A DNA stretch of 64,000 nt from Squalus acanthias (Eukaryota). Location of the stretch: positions 144,648,001 through 144,712,000 of the forward strand of contig CM059432.1 in NCBI GenBank assembly GCA_030390025.1. The letters are read 5' to 3'. A model generated the notes under the pieces. It had not been told where the DNA came from, did no database searches, and saw nothing but the letters and a program-made list of their open reading frames with translations. Made by a program: the position numbers and the translations under genes. Below, piece after piece: positions 36,671 to 47,656 of the stretch (within the stretch, counting starts at the first letter, position 1; each line of letters begins with the position of its first letter).

Positions 36671-37757
36671 AGCAGTCACCAATTGTGGGTTGCACTGAGC
36701 TAAACCAGGGACATAGCCAATGAAGCAGGTTTCAACTCAGTAAGGCACTGGAGAAAAAAACCTTTTATATTAAATATTAAATTAAATACTACAAAATTCA
36801 ATGTAATGAGCATAAAACTTCCCACCTGCAAGTCTTGTGGCTGCAGGCAATATTTAAGCTGTTGAGTAATGCAACGAAAACTGGTTCAAAGTCTGAAACA
36901 GAAAGTGCTATTTAAAGTGGAGTAGACACTATGAAACTCCTCCACTATAAAAAGTGATCTGAGCAGATAATCAACAGGAAACTGAGAAATGGTGAAAATG
37001 AACCTCGTAATAGATTACAGAAGTAAAAGGACTGGGATTGAGGCTTAGAACGGGGCTATGGGTGAAAGTCACCTGAACCCATGGGATGAGAGAAGAATCA
37101 TTTTACTAATTGTGGACAGTATGAATAATTCAGAGTCGAATTAATCTGAATGAGTTTATTACTGGAGAGTTGCAATAGACCTTCCATTGCAGTGACATTT
37201 ATGGGAAGATGAAAGGAAATTAACTTTTGGGAAGCGATGCTGTGATTGTAAAGATTAAGAGAGTTCCAGTGTCTGGGCCCAAGCTTTCGTAAACACTGGC
37301 CAAGGCAATCAAGCCAGCAAAGCTACAGCCTTTTGTTTTGGCCCAATGATCCTTCTTACGATTGCCTGGAAGTGGGAATTGCAGGGCCAGGAGCAGCGGA
37401 ACAGCAGACCGTTTTGTTTGCTCAAGTTACTCAAAGTGGTAGAAACCAACATCGCAACAGTCTCACTTTCTTTTGTCTTTGGTTCACAAGTTAAGAAATA
37501 GTAGCTGTAACATTCCCTTAAAATGCTGCCTTTCTTGTTTGACTAAAAATCCTACATGAACTTCAGTCTTGTTTCCTGATTTACTGCCATATAAACACTG
37601 CACTGAATTTTCTTCTATTGTAAACTATCTTACAGCTTCCCCACCCGCTACTTTTCCACAGTTCTTAATACATCTCCTTCTCAATACATAGATGTCCATA
37701 TATTTATATCAATTATCACAGTTTTTCCCTCCCCCTTTTCTCTCCTCCGGATGGTAT

Positions 37758-38737
37758 ATATATATTAATGATCTAGACGAGGGAACTAGATGTAATATCT
37801 CTAAGTTTGCAGACGACACAAAGCTGGGTGGGCGTGTGTGCAGTGAGGAGGATGCAGAGAAACTCCAGTATGATTTGGACAGGTTGGGTGATTGGGCAGA
37901 TGCATGGCAGATGCAGTATAATGTGGATAAATGCGAGGTTATCCACTTTGGTGGCAAAAACAGGAAGACAGATTATTATCTGAACGGCAATAGATTGGGA
38001 AAAGGGGAAGTGCAACGAGATCTGGGAGGCCTTGTGCACCAGTCACTGAAGGTAAGCATACAGGTGCAGCAGGCGGTTAAGAAGGCAAATGGTATGTTGG
38101 CCTTCATAGCGAGAGGATTCGAGTACAGGAGCAAGGATGTCTTGCTGCAGTTGTACAAGGCCTTGGTGAGACCACACCTTGAGTATTGCGTGCAGTTTTG
38201 GTCGCCTTATCTGAGGAAGCATGTTCTTGCCATGGAGGGAGTGCAGCGAAGATTTACCACACTGATACCTGGGATGGCAGGAATGACGTATGAAGAGAGA
38301 TTGGGTCGATTAGGCTTATATTCGCTAGAGTTTAGAAGAATGAGAGGGGATCTCATTGAAACTTATAAAATTCTAACAGGACTAGACAGACTAGATGCAG
38401 GAAGGATGTTCCCGATGGCGGGGGAGTCCAGAACCAGAGGTCACAGTCTAAGGATAAGGGGTAAGCCATTTAGGACTGAGATGAGGAGGAATTTCTTCAC
38501 CCAGAGAGTAGTGAACCTGTGGAATTCTCTACCACAGAGGGCAGTTGAGGCCAATTCATTAAATATATTCAAGAAGGAGATAGATATATTTCTTAAGGCT
38601 AAAGGGATCAAGGGATATGGGGAGAAAGCAGGGACAGGGTACTGAATTTGGATGATCAGCCATGATCTCATTAAATGGCGGAGCAGGCTCGAGGGGCCGA
38701 ATGGCCTACTCCTGCTCCTATCTTCTATGCTTCTATG
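37758..38737 (+). mobile_element. Young 5'-truncated CR1 with an uninterrupted RT C-terminal frame
   Basis: Open frame from IYINDLDEGT...KFADDTKL to the stop at 38645; TTCTATG tail; candidate TSD ATGGTAT (37751-37757, 38735-38741). Confidence 0.95.
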
Positions 38738-39078
38738 GTATGATACATGTTGGAGTATAGCATGCACACCAACCTAAAACCTGCAAAAACTGATTGATAG
38801 ATTCAAAAAAAGTGACATCGCCCAACAAGCTGAGGACTCAGAAATAGCCGTATGCCATACAGCAGTGAAGGACTTGTCGTAACTAATACTACATGACGGT
38901 ACGCCCAACATTCTATAACTAATGCTCCAGGAAGACCCAAAAAAATGCTGAAAATAATTTGGCTGTTATATTTAGTAATCAAATTAGAAGAGGTTAATAT
39001 TTTGTTTTAAATGACCCCCTCCACTAGTGAGTAGTTATTTGGTGCCCATATTGGCATACTTCCAAGTCCTCAATAAAA

Positions 39079-39597
39079 TAGGGTGACCATGCGTCCCCGT
39101 TTTCCGGGGACAGTCCCCGGATGAGGTACTGTGTCCTGGGGGAAACAATGTCCCCGGAAGAATCCCTGGTTCACGAAATCCATCTCCGAATACGCGTGGG
39201 TTCAAATCAGGAGTCACGTGACTCTAAACTGCCCGGTAGTCGGTCAATAAAGTGGGCGGGCTTTGCAGCGGGGCGGGTTCCGATTGGTGGGAGGGATGTC
39301 AATCTCCTGTTTTCAACCAGTAGAAGGGGTGGATTCACTGAGGGACTTTAATTTATGCAGAGATCATGCTCTGTGGCCACAGTGCGCATGCACCGGCCCT
39401 CCCACCTCTCAACCACCCCCTCCTACACCGAATCCCCAGACAGTCCCCGGATCGTAAGCAGTTTTCCTGTTAAAATATAGGCTGCTAAAAAAAAAATTGT
39501 CTCACTACGCGGCGCAACCTACATTTTCCGTCCTGGCTACTTTGCTGTGCTCCCACCCTGTGAGCCCACATTCGGTTTGGAAAGTATGGTCACCCTA
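39079..39597. mobile_element. Non-autonomous hAT transposon, Blackjack-like TIRs
   Basis: Perfect 12-bp TIR TAGGGTGACCAT / ATGGTCACCCTA; perfect 8-bp TSD CAATAAAA (39071-39078, 39598-39605). Confidence 0.92.
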
Positions 39598-40340
39598 CAA
39601 TAAAACAGAATATCAGTGAAGTTTGTACCACATCAGGTACATAGCTTTCAGTTCCGTTTACCTTTTCAAACACATTGTTCTGCGATTTGCATCTGCTTAA
39701 TATGAACAGGGTTCAGCTTGTAACTGATTTCACTTTTAATGTGACAGAAGCAATTTTCCCCGGAACCTGTCATGAACAGATCCCCATTAACATTCTTGTC
39801 ATTGTCTTGTATCAAGGCAGTTCCCCATTCCCCACATCTTTCTTTAATTTGGAGCTGCTGCAATGTCAAACTCCAGAGGCTGTTCCGTGGGGTGCAGCTG
39901 GCAACACGTGTCTAACGGTGGCTGCAATCCCTGCGCTGTCCCAAGGCTTCCCCAACGATCCTCCATCCCACTCCGAGCCCAGTCAATAACACTACAGCCC
40001 TGACTTCGCCAGCTACATGACTCGTTATTTCCTAGTTCTTGTTTGCTCATACACTTTCTCCCAAGCACAATCCCAATTGGTTGTTGCATGTTGGCTGGTG
40101 CAGTCAAAGTCCCTGACTTCAAGCTTTCCCTCTCCTGGTTCCTGCTGGATTCTGCTACTGCTCCAGGGGATGAGCTTGGCTGTGAACGAGAATTCCTGAC
40201 CGTGCTAACATTCTGGCCACAGCAGAGTTGCGCCTGTCAGAGCAGGAACGAAGTTCACCCAACTCTGGGATCTGGGAGTGGTACTGAGGGGTGGAGTTAG
40301 GGGCAGCACCGATTCGCGTCCAGGATACAGACACTGAGTT

Positions 40341-40692
40341 ACATAGAAACATAGAAACATAGAATCTAGGAGCAGGAGTAGGCCATTCGGCCCGTCGAGC
40401 CTGCTCCGCCATTCAATACGATCATGGCTGATCATCCAAATCCAGTACCCTGTCCCTGCTTTAATCCCCACAGTACACATATCCCACCCTACCCCCGTAA
40501 CCCCACGTATTTAATTCACCCTAACATATCCCATCCTATCCCCACATATTTAATCCCCCCCTAACACTAAGGGTCAATTTATCATAGCCAAATCAACCTA
40601 ACCCGCACATTTTTGGACTGTGGGAGGAAACCGGAGCACCCGGAGGAAACCCACGCAGACACGGGGAGAATGTGCAAACTCCACACAGACAG
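40341..40692 (-). mobile_element. HE1/V-SINE-like SINE, 5'-truncated, with CR1-derived tail
   Basis: V-domain GGAGGAAACCGGAGCACCCGGAGGAAACCCACGCAGACACGGGGAGAATGTGCAAACTCCACACAGAC joined to a CR1 3' UTR and (TTTCTATG)n. Confidence 0.85.
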
Positions 40693-40819
40693 TTACGTAT
40701 GGCATTGCTCATCCTGCCGACAGCCTTCCAGGTCAAATTGTTATTCTTTGAGAGTGTGTGTGTATGCTGGTGGTTGTGTTGGGAGTAGGGAGGCTAATCA
40801 GAGGCAAGGTTAATCCTTC

Positions 40820-41148
40820 TCACAAAGAATTTACAGCACAGAAACAGGCCATTCGGTCCAACTGGTCTATGCCAGTGTTTATGCTCCACACGAGCCTCCT
40901 CCCACCTTGCATTACAACAGTGATTACACTTCAGAAGTACTTCATTGGCTGCAAAGCGCTTTGGGACTTTGTGAAAGGCGGTAGATAAATGCAAGTTCTT
41001 TCTTTTACTTCATCTCACCCTATCAACATAACCTTCTATTTCTTTCTCCCTCGTGTACTTATCTAGGTTCCCATTAAATGCATCTATACTATTCGCCACA
41101 GCTACTCCCTGTGGTAGCAAGTTCCACATTCTAACCACTCTCTGGGTA
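40820..41148 (-). mobile_element. CR1 3' end interrupted by a plus-strand DeuSINE 3' piece (~40908-41005)
   Basis: Reverse-complement match to 46510-46745; the insert reads CATTACAACAGTG...AAATGCAAGTTCTTTC. Confidence 0.82.
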
Positions 41149-41674
41149 CTTGGTCATTCAATGCCAACCAACACTCACTTTCCAGCAGGGGTCACTGGAT
41201 AGCATGCAGGAGCAGGAACTCTGGCTGACTGTCCCCTCTTAGACTTTTTATGTAAACAATTATTGGAGTTATAAGCTACCATTCAACATATCAATCTGAA
41301 GCGAGTATTTCTTGAACTGTGGAATGAATGCAGTTGAACTCTGAACAACTACAGTGGCATTGTGTGCAAACAGAGACTCCGCTGTGCTGATTTTGCTACA
41401 AGAATGGGCCGTATAAGGAAATCTATATATTAACACTTAGTCATTTTATCGTCCTTTCCAGTCAAAAAACAGGACTCCATTGCAACAAAATATAAAAAGC
41501 AAGTAACATCATTCGCTTTATTGTAAACACATTGCAGTGCTAGAAATCCTTTTTGTGGCTAATATCAGCAAGTGCGTATATGTGTTGCTGGCAAGTTAGG
41601 TTACAGCACATCTGAGATATCTTGATTATCTGCACTGTCCAGCAGCTGCTACATTAGATTGTTACATTGTTGAA

Positions 41675-42130
41675 CATACCCGGGCTTTAAGGGTTAAACT
41701 ATGAGGACAGGTTGCATAAGCTTGTATTCGCTTGAATTTACAAGGTTGAGGGGTGATCTGATCGACGTTTTTAAACTGATTAAGGGATTCAATAGGGAAT
41801 ACAGAGAAAACTATTTCCTCTGATGCGGGAATCCAGAACGAGGGGGCATAATCTTAAAGGTAGAGCTAGGCCATTCGGGAATGATGTCAGGAAGAAGTTT
41901 TTCACACAAAGGGTAGTGGAAATCTAGAACTCGCTCCCCCAAAAGGCTGTGGATGCTGGGGGACAATTGAAATTTTCAAGACCGAGATTGATAAGATTTT
42001 TGTTGGGTAAGGACATCAAGGGATATGGAGCAAAGGTGGATAAATAGATTTGAGGTACAGATCAGCCATGACCTAAATAAATGGCAGAACAGGCTTGAGG
42101 GGCTGAATGGCCTGCTCCTGTTCCTATGTC
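41675..42130 (+). mobile_element. CR1 3' fragment
   Basis: GGTTGAGGGGTGATCTGATC, TTCACACAAAGGGTAGTGGAAATC, GATCAGCCATGA. Confidence 0.88.
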
Positions 42131-42927
42131 CTGAAGCAGGGGAAACCACATTTTGCCACCTTGTTTTAACCAATACTTTTTCTTTCAACTTCAAACACAG
42201 CTTAAAACATTAATATTTTGCTTTACAGTTTCTGTAATGTTTCCTTAATGGTTAGAGATAGAAACACATTGTTTTGATCAGACATAATACAACTTAAAGG
42301 TCCTTTCAAACACTTTCTTCACAGCGACCTTACTACAGTGGGTCAGTCAGCATCTGTGGAGAGGCCAGACCAGGGCTAAACTATTAGAACATTGTCTGTT
42401 CTCAATGTAGGGGCAGGTCACGAGCCGATACCCTTCAGACGCTACAGATTTTTTAATTAATTCAATAGAGGTACTTGATGGTGCTCCACTGAATATGGAA
42501 TTTTGCCCAAAATTTAGAGGGACCAAATAATTCGAAAGCATCTCAGTGTGGATAGGGTGTGTACATAACCGCCTCCAGTTTTCCATATAGCACATGTAGC
42601 CAGGGACATGGTAGAATATGCTTTAATAACTCCCATTTCCTTATTTGAAGGCATGCTCATTTCTCAAGCATTCCCTCCATCATCCTGAAAGCTTATTAGC
42701 AAAGCTTAAAGTTAATTTTAATGCAGTCCTGAAACTATTGATTCTCGGAGCACGTCACGGGGTCGTTTAGATTTCCTGCTCCCTAACTCTTTGGCATTCT
42801 GAATGTTAACAGAAATATAAATAAATGTTACCAGTGGCAGTATGCAGCCTTACTACTAACTGCTGACAACTGGAACACAGCTCCAGCTCCTTCCTGAACG
42901 AATCATTTTAAAACGTTTTTAAAATCA

Positions 42928-43277
42928 GGTACGGTAATATAGTGGTTATGGTACTGGACTTGCGTCCCAGAGGTCGTGAGTTCAAATCCTAGCATGGCAA
43001 GTTTTGAAAATGATAATTTGTGGATCAGAAAAAGTGACCACAAAAACTGCTGGATTGTCACAAAAACCCAACTGAATGATCTGCCACCCAATGCCCAGTC
43101 CCGGCCTGTGCATCACTCCGGTCCCACACCATGTGATTCACCCTTATTGCCAGTCTTACTACAACAACTTGCATTTATATAGTGCCTTTAACGTAGTATT
43201 GGTTTACAACTGAGACTCGCGAGCAATCCCTCGGGATGGGCAATGCTGGCTTGCCAGTGTCGTTCACATGCCTAGAA
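42928..43277 (+). mobile_element. tRNA-derived SINE (family of 15542-15930), with a small L2-tail insertion at ~43160-43198
   Basis: TAGTGGTTATGGTACTGGACT...GAGTTCAAATCC head; GGGATGGGCAATGCTGGCTTGCCAG tail. Confidence 0.78.
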
Positions 43278-43675
43278 CAGTGTTGTCCAATAGAAATCGC
43301 TAACTAGTCACAGATGTGGCTATGGCAACACTGTTTTAGCCACATACACTACTTTTAGTAGAAAATGCCTCATACACAATACAGGTAAATGTGTATATTT
43401 ACCGAACAAACATCTACAACTATTCAGTAACCAAAGAAGTAAAGCACCCAACGATTTATAAAAATCACTTGCACCTTATTTTCCTCTCAACATTTTACCA
43501 ACACTCGAAAAAGGTAACGTTCACATGCACACGCCGTGAGAATGAGTATTGCGATCACATGACCAACAGCAGTGTCTATTACTCATTTTTATTTACTCAT
43601 CAGAAATGCAATTAGCCATATCTTGATTCCCAATTAACAACATGCGGCTAGTGGCCAACATATTGGACAACACTG
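43278..43675. mobile_element. Non-autonomous hAT-Charlie-like transposon (MER3/MER33-like termini)
   Basis: Perfect 15-bp TIR CAGTGTTGTCCAATA / TATTGGACAACACTG; 8-bp TSD GCCTAGAA/CCCTAGAA (7/8) with the central CTAG typical of Charlie targets. Confidence 0.88.
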
Positions 43676-44131
43676 CCCTAGAACAGTGAGTGATGGGAAT
43701 TACGACGTAGACTGGCACTTGTGACAAGTTATTGAAATAAGTGTGTCATACGTAAGAAATAGGAGCAGGAGTAGGCCATTTGGCCCTTCGAGCCTGCTCC
43801 GCCATTCAATAAGAACATATAATAGAACATATAATAATGAAGCATTAACTGAACAGTGTTGAAAATAGAATTAGATGCACTGCATGTACCTAAATAAATT
43901 GCGTAGAGACAATAAAATTGGAGTTAACTATCTGTAATTGTGCACAAATGACAAAAATCTGTTTGACACTCTGAACCGCCAAACACCCAGCTGTCTATTC
44001 CAGCAAGAACATACTCACTGCAGTCACAACCATTTCACAACTTACATAGTAATGAGAAAGAAAGAGAATATAAATGCAAGTCTTTCTTTCTACATAGTGG
44101 TAGCCAGAAGAGACATTAATCTAGAAACAGT

Positions 44132-44880
44132 GGACCGAAAATTGATCCCGGGACGCGAGAGTACGCACTGCGTACTCTCGCGTATTCCCACTCCAATTGC
44201 CGGTTTTCTGCATGCCCTGCGCATGCGCTGAAAACCGGCAATTGCTCTTCTGAAAAGGGGGCGGGTCCTGGGTGCATTGCATGCGCGCTACAGGCTGCGC
44301 GCACGCTGTGCACTTCATGCTTTGGACACGCAGGTAAGTACTGAAGATTTTGGAAATGTAAAAAGGAGGAGTAAGACCCGCTTTTAAGAAGGTAAGTAGT
44401 GAATTAAGTATTTTTTTGAATTTTTTTTTTTTTACAGGTATATCTTTTTTAGAGACTTTAAAGACAGGTAAGTTTATTTTTATAACTTTTTAAAAGATTT
44501 TAAATTTTTTCAAAAATTTAATTTTTTATTTAAAATGGTTAATTTAATTAACTATACTTATTTTATTAATGTGATGGTTTTTTTTTAAAATTTAATTGAG
44601 GTTTAGCTGTTATTTTGGGGGGGGTGTAAGATTCATAGATTTCACAGCAGGTCTGTGAAACTTATGAATGGAAGATGGTGTGCTGCCATTGGCTCTAACT
44701 GAGTCACGTGATCCCACAGCTCGCACGAATTCACTACGCCGCTGGGATACGCAAGCCCAGCACAGCTGATGTCTGGAACATCAAGTTCGTGCGAGCTGGA
44801 TCTGAAAAAGCACAAGCGAGGTGAGACATCGCGGGGAAGGCTTACCCCCGCGGGAACAGAGCGAGATCAATTTCTGGGCC
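44132..44880. mobile_element. MITE family B, second copy
   Basis: TIRs GGACCGAAAATTGATC / GATCAATTTCTGGGCC; 3-bp TSD AGT; AT-rich core closely similar to 31420-31690. Confidence 0.88.
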
Positions 44881-45540
44881 AGTGACTCATCCCAGTTTGT
44901 CTGAAATGCCCAGAATATGTACATTTCCACTCGCTTCAGTCAGGTATCATGGGCCTATGGACTGCATTAAATAACCTTTCTGTCTGTCATAGCAACCTTA
45001 AAGACTGTAATAAAATGTGTATTTCAGAGATTTATAAAAACAGTCACTCCTCGTAGAGCTGGGCAATTACAGGTTAACTATAAAGTCTTGCAATCCGTTG
45101 CTGCAAGGTAAAAGAAATGATTTATGTAAAGCCAATTCAAATATTTGATTGAGTGCATAGAGAAAACTGGAGACTGTAAAATGCGTATAAATGTCAAAAC
45201 AACCAACAATCCACTGTGCTTATCTGAAGCAGGTACTTTCCACAATATATAGCTTTTTAATTTTGTGACTGCTTATCTTTCACTGTAATAATAATTCACT
45301 AAACCTGTCCTTGCAAACAAAAGCGTGTTATCTTTTAGGTAGCTTGCTTTGTGTAAACCATTATTCCTTGGACACAATGTGACTTATAATGTGGCAGATA
45401 AGAGCTTGTGTGTTTACACTCCAAACATTTACTGTCTACTACTGTGACTTTCAGAGCAAAATACATGACCACGTAAAACAATGGCTCTCATTATAGTTTA
45501 GCAGCTGATGAACACTGCTCTTCTTCGATGTCAAGTTTAC

Positions 45541-45760
45541 CTGGCATCGTGATTGCCTGCTGTGCGCCGTCTGCAGTTAAAGACAGCCGACCTCCTTTAC
45601 TCAGCCTGTCACACAGTAGGGTAATGTGTTTCTTTAATCTGCAGGTATCTTTCGGCATACTGAGTTGGCTTGTCGAGCTCAGTGCCTGGTCCCTGGAGCT
45701 CTTCGACAGGCAGGTCCTCAGTAAGTGAGCAACAGCTGCGTCCACGCACTCTTCCCAGCC
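45541..45760 (-). CDS. bbs9: Coding exon near the C-terminus of Bardet-Biedl syndrome 9 protein (PTHB1), BBSome subunit
   Basis: Encodes GWEECVDAAVAHLLRTCLSKSSRDQALSSTSQLSMPKDTCRLKKHITLLCDRLSKGGRLSLTADGAQQAITMP(G), closely matching the recalled vertebrate BBS9 segment GWEETVDAAISHLLKTCLSKSSKEQALNLNSQLNIPKDTSQLKKHITLLCDRLSKGGRLCL. Canonical acceptor (ctcttgcag|GGC) and donor (CCAG|gtaaac); 220 nt, phase 0 to phase 1. Confidence 0.93.
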
Positions 45761-46144
45761 CTGCAAGAGTCAAGAGATCGAATCTGTTTAAAATAATGAT
45801 CGATTATATGGAAATTAATAGACAAGGATAACATAATTTAAAATCTGCCCGAGTTATTCAAGCCAGAGGAGTCCTTTATTTCAGTTCCTAATCTTTAACA
45901 GAAGCACCAGATTCCTACTGCAGCTCCCTGATAGTGTTCTGTTCCAAGCTGCATCCTCAGGTGACCTTTTAAGGTGAGCCAAAAATGCATCCTTCTGGCA
46001 GGGAGTCGGGACATTTATTTCCACAGAATGAAAACATTTTAGCACAAGAAAATCCGTTGCAGATTTCTAAACTGCTAGCAGTGACTAGCATGTAGATATG
46101 AGGTGCAGTATTCACTACCACTTCAGTGACTAGTTAAGGACTGT

Positions 46145-46745
46145 GCGAAATAAAACATTAGAGAAGTTATGTTAAACTTGTACAGAACCTTGATTAGACC
46201 ACACTTGGAGTACTGTGAACCGTTCTGGTCTCCATATTATAAAAAGGATACAGAGACACTGGAGAAGGTGCAAAAAAAGATTGACTAGAATTATACCAGA
46301 ACTGTGTGGTTATACCCATCAGGAAAGATTGAACAGGCTGGGGCTCTCTCATCAAGAAAAGAGAAGACGATAGAGGTCTTGAAGATTATGAAAGGGTTTG
46401 ATAGGGTAGACGTAGAAAAGATGTTTCCACTTGTGGGTGAGACCAGAACTAGGGGCCATAAATATAGGATAGTCACTAAAAAATCCAATAGAGAATCCAG
46501 GAGAAACTTCTTTACCCAGAGAGTGGTGCGAATGTGGAACTCGCTACCACAAGGAGTAGTTGAGGCGAATAGCATAGATGCATTCAAGGGGAATCTAGAT
46601 AAGCACATGAGGGAGAAAGGAATAGAAGGACATGTTGATGGGGTCAGATGAAGAGGGGTGGGAGGAGGCTCGTGTGGAGCATAAACACCAGCATGGAGCA
46701 GTTGGGCCGAATGGCCTGTGTCTGTGCTGTAAATACTTTGTAATT
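46145..46745 (+). mobile_element. CR1 3' fragment
   Basis: IEVLKIMKGFDRVDVEKMFPLVGETRTRGHKY...FFTQRVVRMWNSLPQ. Confidence 0.9.
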
Positions 46746-47434
46746 TGTAATATCCTTTCAATATTAATACTTGCAAACGGAAACCTCACACCATTAAGTA
46801 AATAATCGTCTTTAGCACTTGTGTGCACATCAGAGCGAGGAGGCATTATTGGGAACTCAGGCGTATGCCTAAATTCCTGATTTTTGCTCCCAGTGTGTAA
46901 AGTTCTTGCCAGAAGCATTAGAGATGAAAATTTCCCTTATAATTAAAAAAGAATTCTTACCATCAGCACTCTTTCAAGGAAAAAAAGACAAAAGATCTTA
47001 GAGTGCTGTTATACAACAGCTTTCACACTGATGCGAAAAGGTTTTAGTTGCATGTCGACACAATAGTGGCAGTATAACTTTGGTGTCAAGTCAGCTGTCT
47101 GACTCCTGAACACATGGAAGCCAGGAAGGCCAATACTACCTCTAGTAGGTAGCCTCCCACTGCTTGAGCTCTGCATAGGTGGAGTATAACTCCCTGCATG
47201 GTGCAAAGCCAAGCTTTAATAGTGCCCAGCAGACTGTCGAATCTCCTGGGAACATTCTAAACTTTATGCGAGGAGAGCGGACTCTCCAATCCACTTGCTC
47301 ATAACATTTGAAATGAATGGACAGCAAATTTGTATTTATAGTAACGCGTTTGTTTTGTTATGTGCATCTGTGTGCCTGATAATGTAACTTAAGTATGACA
47401 GCGTCAGAGGTTACATTCTTACTTTGTCTTCAAT

Positions 47435-47656
47435 AAAGGCCGTGCCTTTTGCTGCCTGGGCCCTGGAATTCCCTCCCTAAACCGCTCCGCTTCTTTTTCC
47501 TTTAAGATGCTCCTTAAAACCTCTCTCTTTTGCCAGGCTTTTGGTCACCAATCCTAATATCTCACGTGGCTCGGTGTCAAATTTTGTTTGATAACGCTCC
47601 TGTGAAGCGCCTTGGCAAGTTTTACTACGTTAAAGGCGCTATTTAAATACAAGTTG
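47435..47656 (+). mobile_element. L2 3' end
   Basis: Matches 25770-26000 (CTGGAATTCCCT...CGTTAAAGGCGCTAT..AAATACAAGTTG). Confidence 0.88.

Noticed and set aside
37692..38645. 317-aa ORF as a host gene or active RT
   Set aside because: 5'-truncated CR1 ORF2 lacking the N-terminal RT and endonuclease; the upstream ATG comes from flanking DNA.
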